A stretch of DNA of 39,739 nucleotides from a virus (IMGVR_UViG_3300033481_000004:1-39739), one strand, 5' to 3'; shown: positions 1-8,414, counted from the first letter of the stretch. Notes: generated by a model not told the origin, from the sequence alone. Program-made: numbers and translations.

Positions 1-1
1 T

Positions 2-139
2 TGCGGGCCAGAGACGTTGGTTCGGGATTTGGAGTATTTTAAGAAAAAAGGGTATGAGGCGAAGAAGGCGTGGGGGGTGGATATGTTTCCCTGGACGACG
101 CATATTGAAACTATATGCTTGCTATACCGCATAAAATAA
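2..139 (+). CDS. rlmD: 3' end of host 23S rRNA (uracil-5)-methyltransferase RlmD/TrmA family (partial); last codons supplied by the prophage
   Basis: Frame 2 reads CGPETLVRDLEYF...GVDMFPWTTHIETICLLYRIK*, with the catalytic Cys (SC.P.TL.RDL) and DMFP.T.H.E motifs of this family. Confidence 0.9.
   Translation, partial: CGPETLVRDLEYFKKKGYEAKKAWGVDMFPWTTHIETICLLYRIK
95..109 (+). repeat. attL core
   Basis: ACGACGCATATTGAA matches ACGACACATGTTGAA at 38337-38351 at 13/15 positions; encodes TTH(I/V)E of RlmD. Confidence 0.8.
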
Positions 140-161
140 GGATTTAAGCGGTTTGTTATAC

Positions 162-216
162 TGACAACCGCAGGCAATGTCAACCATTTGACAACCAAAT
201 TTTGACGCGTTGTCAA
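162..216. repeat. Putative integrase arm-type binding sites (left)
   Basis: TGACAACC (162), TGTCAACC (178), TGACAACC (189), inverted GTTGTCAA (209); related copies at 38171-38197. Confidence 0.6.
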
Positions 217-1484
217 ATGGAAGCTGCCTTTTCAAATATATCAACGCTTTTTGATGCCATAGAATCAGTGGCATGTACATAAGTCTGGAGCGTGGTACTT
301 ATATTTGAATGTCCTAGACGAGCCTGTACATCTTTGACATCTGCTCCATTTTCTATAAGCATTGTGGCGTGGGTGTGCCGCAAGGAGTGGTAGTCAAAGG
401 CAAGCTTTAACTCAGTGTGTATTATTCTGCTACAGTATTTAAAAGAATCTGTACTTACGTATTCACCATTATCACGAACGCATACCATTTCAACTCTTTT
501 TAATGTACATTCGATTGCGCGTTCAGCGGGTATTAAACGATATATTGTATTATTTTTTTCGTCTTTTTCCGGTTTAAGATAATGGTCTATATAATAATTT
601 CCATATTCTAGCCTGTTCTTTTTTTGCATCGTTTTTGCGTATTTTAATACATTATATAAAGTATCTCCAAATTTGATTGTACGATTTGAGCTTTCGGTTT
701 TTGGAGTTCCGAAATACCATGCCGATTTTTCTTCTTTTTTCCCTTTCTGCTCCATTACCCTTCTGATTTCAACACCGTAGTTTCTTTTTAGTATAGTCTT
801 ATTTACTGTAATTGTTCGATTTTCCATGTCTATATCTTCCCAGGTAAGCCCGAAAGCTTCACTTATACGCAATCCTGTATAATACCCTATCATAAGCGGC
901 AAGTAAAAAACATTTCCTTTCGGAAATCGCTCAATAATTAACTTAAATTCTTCTGGTGGAATAATATAGCGTTCTTTTGGTTTACGCTCAAATTTAGGCA
1001 TTCTGGCACGCGAACAGGGATTTTCTTTGATATATGCTAACGGCTCTATACCATATTCATAAGCAGCCGATAATACGGATAATATTCCAACAACTGATGA
1101 TCTTGACAACCCTTGCATTTTTAAACGATTAATATATTCTTGTATTGGAGCACTTGAAAGCGATTTTAATTTGTATTGCCCGAACTGCGGTTTTAGATGA
1201 TTTTCTATAATCTGCATATACGCAAGCTGGGTATTATATTTTAAATTTGTTTTACAGTAAATATCGAACCAATAATCCAGATAATCTGCTATGCTTAATT
1301 CTGATGGTGTAAAAGATTGACCCGAACTATTATATTCACTCATTGCCTGATTTCCAGCTTTTAACGCTTCCGATTTGGTCTTAAATCCTCCTTTTGATAT
1401 AGATTTTCTCTTACCTTCTATTTTGGCAGCTTCAAAGCTATATTGCCATGTTGATCCTCTTTTCCTGGTTCTCAATTCTCCCAT
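213..1484 (-). CDS. int: Tyrosine recombinase / phage integrase
   Basis: N-terminal arm-binding domain (KGGFKTKSEA), YTGLRISE, HSLRHTHAT, RLGHSNISTTLQTY catalytic motifs. Confidence 0.97.
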   Translation of the reverse strand: MGELRTRKRGSTWQYSFEAAKIEGKRKSISKGGFKTKSEALKAGNQAMSEYNSSGQSFTPSELSIADYLDYWFDIYCKTNLKYNTQLAYMQIIENHLKPQFGQYKLKSLSSAPIQEYINRLKMQGLSRSSVVGILSVLSAAYEYGIEPLAYIKENPCSRARMPKFERKPKERYIIPPEEFKLIIERFPKGNVFYLPLMIGYYTGLRISEAFGLTWEDIDMENRTITVNKTILKRNYGVEIRRVMEQKGKKEEKSAWYFGTPKTESSNRTIKFGDTLYNVLKYAKTMQKKNRLEYGNYYIDHYLKPEKDEKNNTIYRLIPAERAIECTLKRVEMVCVRDNGEYVSTDSFKYCSRIIHTELKLAFDYHSLRHTHATMLIENGADVKDVQARLGHSNISTTLQTYVHATDSMASKSVDIFEKAASI

Positions 1485-1529
1485 TGTACTTCCTCCTTAA
1501 TTTTTTTGCATAAAAAATACACCATACCT

Positions 1530-1558
1530 TTGACAGATCGGCGCATTGATGATACAAT
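1530..1558 (+). promoter_or_regulatory. Sigma-A promoter antisense to the lysogeny operon
   Basis: TTGACA-17 bp-TACAAT with extended -10 TG at 1550-1551. Confidence 0.7.
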
Positions 1559-1609
1559 GTATTTGCGAAATCGTTGTATCTGATGCATGTCAGGTATAAT
1601 ATATAAAAT

Positions 1610-1644
1610 CCGTTCCGGTTACTATCCGGGCGGTTTTTATTTTA
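1610..1644 (+). terminator. Intrinsic terminator
   Basis: CCGTTCCGG-TTACTAT-CCGGGCGG stem followed by TTTTTATTTT. Confidence 0.6.
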
Positions 1645-1649
1645 TTAAA

Positions 1650-2168
1650 TCAATTAAACCCGTTAAGGCTATTTTGCAAAGATTGTATGGCTTTTGATAT
1701 TTCAGCCATGGCAATATAATATCTATACGCCCAAATACTGAGTAGCACAGTAAACACCGCAGATATTAAAAACCGTATCCAACGCGAAAAATTTTTGTTG
1801 TACCACATAAAAAACAAACCAATAGGGTAGCAGCAGCAAAACATCATTATAACAGCAAACCACCAACGTTGGTGAAATTTCAAGTCGTCTATGTTACGCT
1901 CTGATATAATTAATTCTGGATTATTGTTTTCTATTAATTCTACAGTTTTTTCAATTTTATCATTTGCTTTTTTCCCAAACTCAAACCTTGTAATTTTATT
2001 ACTGTTATGAACAAATTTAAGATAACCAGAATCAATCGCGCCTGCATATAAAAATTCTATTCTTTTTAAATCTTCATAATCTATTTTCTTTTTATTACCC
2101 CAAAATGTTATAATATTGCTTTCTTTTTTACCAACATATAATTCTTGTGATGTTCCTTTTATACTCAT
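1650..2168 (-). CDS. Membrane protein of the lysogeny module (superinfection-exclusion candidate)
   Basis: Soluble N-terminal domain plus two hydrophobic helices (WWFAVIMMFCCCYPIGLFFMW; FLISAVFTVLLSIWAY); lies between int and repressor. Confidence 0.6.
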   Translation of the reverse strand: MSIKGTSQELYVGKKESNIITFWGNKKKIDYEDLKRIEFLYAGAIDSGYLKFVHNSNKITRFEFGKKANDKIEKTVELIENNNPELIISERNIDDLKFHQRWWFAVIMMFCCCYPIGLFFMWYNKNFSRWIRFLISAVFTVLLSIWAYRYYIAMAEISKAIQSLQNSLNGFN

Positions 2169-2185
2169 ATCTTACCACCCGTATT

Positions 2186-2593
2186 TTACTTCTTTTTCTT
2201 ATCACGCATGATCTCAACTTGTTTCATAGCGTTTTCCAAAGCAAGCGCAAGCACAGCAAGTGACTTCTCGTCAATCTTTTCCCCATTAAAATAAAGTGGG
2301 CTTGTGTTCGGATCATTCATGTCCCCGATAATTTCATCAATCTTTTTTGCTATGTCCTTTTCTACTATTGGTCTTATTTTAGGATTTCCAGTTGTTTCTA
2401 CTTCTTTTCCTGTCATAAGGTAGTCCATTGATATATCAAAATATTCACATATCTTTTTGGCCAATACAGTCCCGACAATTGAACCTTTACTTTTCCATGT
2501 GCTGATTGTAGATGTCCTAACTCCGGTGTCTTTGCAAAATTTATATGGCGTAATACCACGCTCATTGCAGAGTTTCTCAAATATTTCGTACAT
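2186..2593 (-). CDS. CI-like XRE-family repressor
   Basis: HTH GITPYKFCKDTGVRTSTISTWK...ICEYFDISMDYLMTG; GAGGGG RBS; divergent from early operon. Confidence 0.88.
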   Translation of the reverse strand: MYEIFEKLCNERGITPYKFCKDTGVRTSTISTWKSKGSIVGTVLAKKICEYFDISMDYLMTGKEVETTGNPKIRPIVEKDIAKKIDEIIGDMNDPNTSPLYFNGEKIDEKSLAVLALALENAMKQVEIMRDKKKK

Positions 2594-2638
2594 GCTTTAC
2601 CCCTCTAAAAATAATTTTTGGATATCGCAAAAAGACTA

Positions 2639-2667
2639 TTGACTAACTCTGTACAACGTGCTATAGT
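2639..2667 (+). promoter_or_regulatory. Early lytic promoter
   Basis: TTGACT-17 bp-TATAGT, extended TG at 2659-2660. Confidence 0.75.
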
Positions 2668-2753
2668 ATGAACATAGCTCGGTATAAGAAGCTAATAACA
2701 GTGTTAAAGCGATAATAACTCGTTTATATGATATAACTCGTTCGGCAAAAACA

Positions 2754-2782
2754 AGTATATCACTAAACCGAGGTATACGCAA
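2754..2782 (-). promoter_or_regulatory. Lysogenic (repressor) promoter
   Basis: Minus strand TTGCGT-17 bp-TATACT with extended TG. Confidence 0.65.
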
Positions 2783-2808
2783 GTATTTTTTGCGAAAGGA
2801 GGTGCTTT

Positions 2809-2982
2809 ATGTCTAAAATGTACTCTTGTGCAGAAGTCGCAGAACGTTATGGTGTGCAAGTAATAACTATTTGGGAGTGGATCAGAAAGAAAAAACTTCC
2901 AGCAATGAAGATCGGCAGAGATTATCGAATCAGTGACAAGGATATTGAAACATTCGAAGAATCATGTCGCACAATTAAATAG
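2809..2982 (+). CDS. Excisionase-like HTH_17 DNA-binding protein, 57 aa (absent from ORF track)
   Basis: AAGGAGGTG RBS; MSKMYSCAEVAERYGVQVITIWEWIRKKKLPAMKIGRDYRISDKDIETF. Confidence 0.88.
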   Translation: MSKMYSCAEVAERYGVQVITIWEWIRKKKLPAMKIGRDYRISDKDIETFEESCRTIK

Positions 2983-3017
2983 GTACATACCAAGCACATT
3001 GAAAAGGAGGATATCGT

Positions 3018-3812
3018 TTGAACGAATTAAAAATTTTTGAAAATGCTGAGTTTGGTCAGGTGAGAACGGCTGAAATCGATGGTAAACCATATTTCTGCGG
3101 AAGTGATGTTGCCAAGGCTCTTGGGTATTTAAACACAAACGATGCTATGGGTAGGCATTGTAGGGCTATCGTGAAATGCGACACCCCTATCAGTGGCAAG
3201 ATGCAGAAGATCAATTTTATTCCAGAGGGAGATATTTATCGCCTGATTACTCACAGCAAATTACCATCAGCTGAAAAGTTTGAATCATGGGTATTTGATG
3301 AAGTACTTCCATCAATCCGCAAGCATGGCATGTACGCCATTGATGAACTGATAAACAATCCAGACCTTGCTATTAAGGCATTAACAGCCCTTAAAGACGA
3401 ACGGGAAAAGAACCGGGCACTGAGTGAGGAAGTGAATGTTAAGAATCAGCTTATTGGTGAGCTTAAGCCGAAAGCTGATTACATGGACCGTATCCTTAAA
3501 AACCCAGGGCTTGTGACTATTACACAGATAGCAAAAGACTACGGTATGAGTGGGCAGGCAATGAACGACTTACTACATAGTCTTAAAGTCCAGTATAAGC
3601 AAAGCAGTCAATGGCTTTTATATGAAAAGTATCAATCCTGCGGATACACTCACTCACAAACGATTAATTACGAACACACAGACGGCAGACCTGACGTGAA
3701 GATGAACACTAAATGGACACAGAAAGGAAGACTATTCCTTTACCAACTGCTTAAAGTAAACAGCGTTCTTCCATCAATAGAAAGGAGTGATTTCGATGGT
3801 AGAGCCATATAA
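3018..3812 (+). CDS. Phage antirepressor (BRO-N + ANT/KilAC)
   Basis: FENAEFGQVR..PYFCGSDVAKALGY, FESWVFDEVLPSIRKHG; C-terminal TITQIAKDYG...WTQKGRLFLY. Confidence 0.93.
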   Translation: MNELKIFENAEFGQVRTAEIDGKPYFCGSDVAKALGYLNTNDAMGRHCRAIVKCDTPISGKMQKINFIPEGDIYRLITHSKLPSAEKFESWVFDEVLPSIRKHGMYAIDELINNPDLAIKALTALKDEREKNRALSEEVNVKNQLIGELKPKADYMDRILKNPGLVTITQIAKDYGMSGQAMNDLLHSLKVQYKQSSQWLLYEKYQSCGYTHSQTINYEHTDGRPDVKMNTKWTQKGRLFLYQLLKVNSVLPSIERSDFDGRAI

Positions 3813-3993
3813 GCCTTTGTACACAGTAAGAGAAGCAGCAGAGGTATTACTTGTTAATGAGGATACGGTACGGGGCTTTATTCGCAACGGAGATCTTAAA
3901 GCCTTAAAGCTTGGGGCAATGAAGATTAGAGGAACCGACCTGGAAGCATTTATCGAGAACCACGAAACTATCCCCAAAGGAGCGCAGGCATGA
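3796..3993 (+). CDS. Second excisionase-like HTH_17 protein
   Basis: LYTVREAAEVLLVNEDTVRGFIRNGDLKALKLG; AAAGGAG RBS before ATG 3796. Confidence 0.85.
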   Translation: MVEPYKPLYTVREAAEVLLVNEDTVRGFIRNGDLKALKLGAMKIRGTDLEAFIENHETIPKGAQA

Positions 3994-4232
3994 TAAACAT
4001 TATAAGGTTTGACTTGCAGGCACTTGACAGAGAAATCAAATCAAGACCAAAATGTCCGGCTTACCTGATAATGAACGATGAAACCTTATCCATGTTTAAG
4101 GAAGCAGCATACCACGAAAACGCCGGAGTAATGAAGCTTATGGTTAAAACAGCAAAAGGATTAATCTATTGCGGTATCCCCGTAGCCACATGTAACGCGG
4201 TCCCGTATGGATTCATTGATATTAAAGATTAA
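3990..4232 (+). CDS. Hypothetical phage protein
   Basis: AAAGGAG RBS, ATGA overlap with upstream gene. Confidence 0.7.
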   Translation: MINIIRFDLQALDREIKSRPKCPAYLIMNDETLSMFKEAAYHENAGVMKLMVKTAKGLIYCGIPVATCNAVPYGFIDIKD

Positions 4233-4261
4233 TCACGCTATAAGAAATGGAGGATTTGAAT

Positions 4262-4495
4262 ATGGCTGCAAGAGCGCTATTGCACAAAAACAGACTTAAC
4301 GATTTAGAAACTTTTCTTGAGAATAAAGGATATATGATTTTGGCTACAAGTAAAAATCCTTATGAGGTTTTAAGAGCAAGAAAAGAAAAGGATACTGTAA
4401 TTATATACTGCAAATCATCGGCAAAGGAACACTTATCAGTGATGGATAAAGACTATAATCTTATCCGTGAGTTTATAAAACAGCATGGAAATTGA
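4262..4495 (+). CDS. Hypothetical phage protein
   Basis: GGAGG RBS before ATG 4262. Confidence 0.7.
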   Translation: MAARALLHKNRLNDLETFLENKGYMILATSKNPYEVLRARKEKDTVIIYCKSSAKEHLSVMDKDYNLIREFIKQHGN

Positions 4496-4508
4496 AGGAG
4501 GATTAACC

Positions 4509-4643
4509 ATGGAATCAAGAATCTGGATCCGGTTATGGCGCAGGCAATGTGAGCGCACGAAGTTTTTTATCGGCGTAGCAATGGCACAGGATCTTGTGAT
4601 TATGTTACTGGTCGGCGCGCTGGTGTTAGCACTGGCGAGATAG
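4509..4643 (+). CDS. Small single-TM hypothetical protein, 44 aa (absent from ORF track)
   Basis: AAGGAGG RBS; MESRIWIRLWRRQCERTKFFIGVAMAQDLVIMLLVGALVLALAR. Confidence 0.7.
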   Translation: MESRIWIRLWRRQCERTKFFIGVAMAQDLVIMLLVGALVLALAR

Positions 4644-4651
4644 GAGGGGTT

Positions 4652-4816
4652 ATGGATAAAAAATTAAGTGAAGCTCTTGAAACAATTAAAGCGGAATGCG
4701 AAAGTCACAAGCGTTGCAAAGATTGTCAGCTTTATATCGCTGGCGGTTGCGTGATTGATTTGAATTTTGACCCTTGCGAATGGGATATAGATTCATTGAA
4801 CGAAATGGAGGGATAA
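4652..4816 (+). CDS. Small Cys-rich hypothetical protein, 54 aa (absent from ORF track)
   Basis: AGGAGG RBS; MDKKLSEALETIKAECESHKRCKDCQL...PCEW. Confidence 0.7.
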   Translation: MDKKLSEALETIKAECESHKRCKDCQLYIAGGCVIDLNFDPCEWDIDSLNEMEG

Positions 4817-4817
4817 A

Positions 4818-5132
4818 TTGGAACAGGTGACAGCATGGAAGCCGAAATGTTGTAACAAGGCGTATCTGTATAAAGGCAATGCTCGCAGGCATGAGCAGAA
4901 ATGTCCTTTTAATCCTGACAACAAAGCCTGTGCCACTTGCGGATACAACAGCGAGGAATCAAACACTGTTTATGTTCGACCAATCATGGGAAACAACTAC
5001 GGCGATGATGATTATGAGGAGCGATATTTCTGGTGTGATTACCATGAAAAAGAGATTACAAAGTATGGTTTTGATGAAAACGCATTGCAACCACAGAAAC
5101 ATTGCGAACATTGGAAACCGAAGGAGGATTAA
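4818..5132 (+). CDS. Cys/His-rich hypothetical protein
   Basis: GGAGG RBS, TTG start, several Cys/His pairs. Confidence 0.7.
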   Translation: MEQVTAWKPKCCNKAYLYKGNARRHEQKCPFNPDNKACATCGYNSEESNTVYVRPIMGNNYGDDDYEERYFWCDYHEKEITKYGFDENALQPQKHCEHWKPKED

Positions 5133-5134
5133 GA

Positions 5135-5317
5135 GTGCAAGTTAGTTTAATCAAAAAGGACGGCGAAACATGGAACAGATTTAGGGTTGTGACAAAACAG
5201 GTGCCTGGATACGCCGTGCTGCTTAAAAAGTATCATGTTGATATTGAAAAGCCTTACAGGCAGAGCAAGTTGTACAGCTACTTTGAAACAAAAGGCGATC
5301 TGCTTAATGAGAAATAG
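5135..5317 (+). CDS. Hypothetical phage protein
   Basis: AAGGAGG RBS before GTG 5135. Confidence 0.65.
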   Translation: MQVSLIKKDGETWNRFRVVTKQVPGYAVLLKKYHVDIEKPYRQSKLYSYFETKGDLLNEK

Positions 5318-5329
5318 GAGGAAATAAAA

Positions 5330-5671
5330 ATGAAACTTACAGACGGTCGCAACGTTAATATTGACATCAATAATCCCCCTGGAATAGTTTACTCAGCTGA
5401 TATGCATATTTGCATATATAAAATTCATGCAGGCGCAGACACTTGGTATCCAAATTGGTATTTGAATTGTGAAATGCTCAATATCAGCGAATTAAGTTTG
5501 CATACAGACAATTTTAAAGAAGCTATTAAAAAGGCAAAATTTGAATTGTGTTGCAAGCTTAAAAGCTTAGATGAAGCGATAAGCGGATTCATTAATTCAG
5601 ATTTCGAGATTGATGTTTGCCCGGCTGAGGTATTAGCGGATCACAGGGACGTGGAGGTGTCTGATGAATAA
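5330..5671 (+). CDS. Hypothetical phage protein
   Basis: AGGAGG RBS, operon packing. Confidence 0.7.
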   Translation: MKLTDGRNVNIDINNPPGIVYSADMHICIYKIHAGADTWYPNWYLNCEMLNISELSLHTDNFKEAIKKAKFELCCKLKSLDEAISGFINSDFEIDVCPAEVLADHRDVEVSDE

Positions 5672-5879
5672 AGGATTATTTGGACCTGAGTTGAGCAAAG
5701 AAAACTGTGTTGCAATGAGCCGTGAAGAACACGAACGAATTACAGAACTTATATGCAGAGATAAGTTAATGAAAGCACATAAGCCAGTACCAAACGTTTC
5801 GTTGTGTCCAGAATGCGGCGAGGCATTAAATCCGGTTTGGAGTTACTGCCCTTGGTGCGGTCAACACTTTGAAGAATAA
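5664..5879 (+). CDS. Zinc-ribbon protein
   Basis: CPECG...YCPWCGQ; GGAGGTG RBS. Confidence 0.75.
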   Translation: MNKGLFGPELSKENCVAMSREEHERITELICRDKLMKAHKPVPNVSLCPECGEALNPVWSYCPWCGQHFEE

Positions 5880-5890
5880 GGAGGTAAACG

Positions 5891-6247
5891 ATGCTGAATA
5901 AGCAGAAGTTAATTGATGCGCTTGAAGATTTATGGGACGTTATAGACCATCAGGAACATGATCCGATGCAGGCAAACGGCGTTAATCGTGCTATAGCATT
6001 TGTTGGTAGTTTTCCAGATGATAACTCATGGGTTCCAATAGGAACAACATTTCCCGAAGAAAATCAAAAGGTATGGGTTACCAACGAATATCACGGTGGT
6101 TCACGCAGAGTTGAGGAAAGCGTTTACAAAAATAATGAGTTTTATGGGACTGGTTACAGCCATTGCGAGATTGTTTGCACAGACCTTGTAAAAGCATGGT
6201 GTCCGCGTTTTGTACCAAAACCATATAAGGAGGTAAGCGAGGAATGA
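5891..6247 (+). CDS. Hypothetical protein, DUF551-like C-terminus
   Basis: WVPIGTTFPE...VKAWCP..PKPY pattern. Confidence 0.6.
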   Translation: MLNKQKLIDALEDLWDVIDHQEHDPMQANGVNRAIAFVGSFPDDNSWVPIGTTFPEENQKVWVTNEYHGGSRRVEESVYKNNEFYGTGYSHCEIVCTDLVKAWCPRFVPKPYKEVSEE

Positions 6248-6426
6248 ACATAAAGATTTACTCCGGCACTCTTACAAAAGATGAACAGTTTGAATTAGGC
6301 AGGTTACTGCTTAAAGCCGGATATAAGGTGGGATATAGCACCGTGAAAGGAAAGGGAGTTAAGACGGCAACCGTTATCTCATTCGAAGATCAACAGGAGA
6401 GAGAAGAAAGCGAGGATTTATCATGA
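6244..6426 (+). CDS. Hypothetical phage protein
   Basis: RBS and ATGA overlap; LLLKAGYKV motif. Confidence 0.7.
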   Translation: MNIKIYSGTLTKDEQFELGRLLLKAGYKVGYSTVKGKGVKTATVISFEDQQEREESEDLS

Positions 6427-6593
6427 GCAAGGTAAGGGGTATATTCTGCCTGAATAGTAATTGCAAGCATTACTTTGAAGATAGTTGCATCAAAATTCTT
6501 GAAGATGATTCAATCGACATTTCAGAAGATGGAACATGCGTTTCATTTGAGGAAGGAGTTTGCGAAGGGTATAAGGAGGTAAGCGAGGAGTGA
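6423..6593 (+). CDS. Small Cys-rich hypothetical protein, 56 aa (absent from ORF track)
   Basis: MSKVRGIFCLNSNCKHYFEDSC...; overlaps both neighbours by 4 nt. Confidence 0.7.
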   Translation: MSKVRGIFCLNSNCKHYFEDSCIKILEDDSIDISEDGTCVSFEEGVCEGYKEVSEE

Positions 6594-6796
6594 TTAAGCT
6601 TGGTGGAGTTGAAGTGGCAGTAAATCAGAAACCTGTATCTGTCAGTTTTGTGTGTCCTATATGCGATCACGAAAATGAATATGATTACGGCGAGTTCTGC
6701 GATATGTGCGGTGAGCCTTGCGACTGGGAACAGGAAATAATTCAGTGCGAATCATGCCGATCAAAATTCACGGTAAGCGGTCAAGATTGGCAGTAA
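6590..6796 (+). CDS. Zinc-finger hypothetical protein
   Basis: CPIC...CESC. Confidence 0.7.
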   Translation: MIKLGGVEVAVNQKPVSVSFVCPICDHENEYDYGEFCDMCGEPCDWEQEIIQCESCRSKFTVSGQDWQ

Positions 6797-6805
6797 GGAG
6801 GAATC

Positions 6806-6967
6806 ATGAAGAAGAACAAAATCAACCGTAACGGATCAGCCGCAGGATTAAGCCAGTATCCATGGCAGAACGGCGGTAAAAGAAAAATGCCAAAGGGTGT
6901 TGGCGCACCGATTGGCGAGTTGAACAAAAAAATCAATCAAAAATTCAACCCTAATTATACAGGGTAA
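6806..6967 (+). CDS. Small basic hypothetical protein, 53 aa (absent from ORF track)
   Basis: AAGGAGG RBS; MKKNKINRNGSAAGLSQYPW... Confidence 0.5.
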   Translation: MKKNKINRNGSAAGLSQYPWQNGGKRKMPKGVGAPIGELNKKINQKFNPNYTG

Positions 6968-6983
6968 ATCGGAGGAATGCAAT

Positions 6984-8414
6984 ATGAAGTGTGTAAAAAT
7001 CAAGATTAAGAACCTTTTCGGTATTAGAGAATATGAAATGAACGGTCAGAGCGTGGAGCTTTCTGGCAAGAATGGAGCTGGGAAAACCTCTGTTATTGAT
7101 GCTATCCGGTACGGCCTTACCAATAAATCAGACCGTGATTACATAATCAGAAACGGCGAGAATGAGGGCGAGATCCTTATTGAAACCGATAACGGGATCA
7201 GGATTGACCGGAAATCAAGATCAAATCAGGCAGACTATAAGAGCGTGAAAAAAGATGGTAGAGAGGTCGGAAGCCCGGAAACATTCTTACGTGAAATCTT
7301 CACCACCCTGCAGCTGTCCCCAGTAGAGTTTATGGAAATGGATAAGAAACAGCAGAATGCAATTATCCTTGACATGATCGAGTATGACTGGGATTTAAAA
7401 AAGATTAAAGAATGGTTTGGAGAAATCCCTGACTGGATTTCCTATGACCAGAACATTTTACAGGTGCTTAATGATATCCAGGCAGATAACGGCTATTACT
7501 TCCAACATAGGCAGGATCTTAACCGTGATATGAGAAATAAGAGAGCATTTATTGAAGATATCGCTTCCACTATTCCTGCCGGTTACGATGCTTCGAAGTG
7601 GGAGTCTGAAAATGTAGGTGATCTTTATAAACAGATCGAGCGTATCCGCAAGGATAATGAAACCATTGAAAAAGCAAAGCGACTCCTTGAAAATCGTTCT
7701 AACAAGATCCGTAGTTTTGAAGCTGATAAGGAAATTGAACTTTCCGCCATTGACCGTGAATTTACCGGGAAAGAAACACGGCTGAAAGAACAGATTGCTT
7801 CCCTTGAAGAGCAGATCCGGTCATGCAAAAAGGATCTGGCTGGACTTGGAGAAAAGAAACTGGATAAGATCGAGGTTGCAGAACAGACATATAAAGCCAA
7901 TATCGCCAAATACAACGCCGAATTAGCAGAGTATGAAGATTACGCCACAAAGGAGCTTACGGACGTTTCTGGACTATCTGAGCAGGCTGAAACAGTAGAG
8001 AAAATGAAGGGACACCTTAACGAATACCGGAGAATGGAAAACTTGCAGACTGAGGTTGAAAAATTGGTGGAAGAAACGGCATTACTTACGGAGAAGATTG
8101 AAAAGGCCCGGACACTTCCAGGAGAGATTTTACAGGAAGCAACTATCCCGATCAATGGTTTAACAGTGCAGAATGGAATCCCACTTATTAACGGTCTGCC
8201 TATTAGCAACCTTTCAGACGGTGAGAAGCTTGATCTTTGCATTGATGTTGCTATTCAGAAACCGAACGGTTTACAGATCATCTTGATTGATGGCGTGGAG
8301 AAACTTTCCACAGACATGAGAAACGAGCTTTACCGGAAGTGCAAGGAAAAGGGATTACAGTTCATTGCTACACGTACTACTGACGATCCGGATTTAACCG
8401 TAATGGAATTATAG
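6984..8414 (+). CDS. SMC/SbcC-like coiled-coil ATPase
   Basis: Walker A GKNGAGKT, long coiled coil, signature LSDGE, Walker B IILIDGVE. Confidence 0.88.
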   Translation: MKCVKIKIKNLFGIREYEMNGQSVELSGKNGAGKTSVIDAIRYGLTNKSDRDYIIRNGENEGEILIETDNGIRIDRKSRSNQADYKSVKKDGREVGSPETFLREIFTTLQLSPVEFMEMDKKQQNAIILDMIEYDWDLKKIKEWFGEIPDWISYDQNILQVLNDIQADNGYYFQHRQDLNRDMRNKRAFIEDIASTIPAGYDASKWESENVGDLYKQIERIRKDNETIEKAKRLLENRSNKIRSFEADKEIELSAIDREFTGKETRLKEQIASLEEQIRSCKKDLAGLGEKKLDKIEVAEQTYKANIAKYNAELAEYEDYATKELTDVSGLSEQAETVEKMKGHLNEYRRMENLQTEVEKLVEETALLTEKIEKARTLPGEILQEATIPINGLTVQNGIPLINGLPISNLSDGEKLDLCIDVAIQKPNGLQIILIDGVEKLSTDMRNELYRKCKEKGLQFIATRTTDDPDLTVMEL

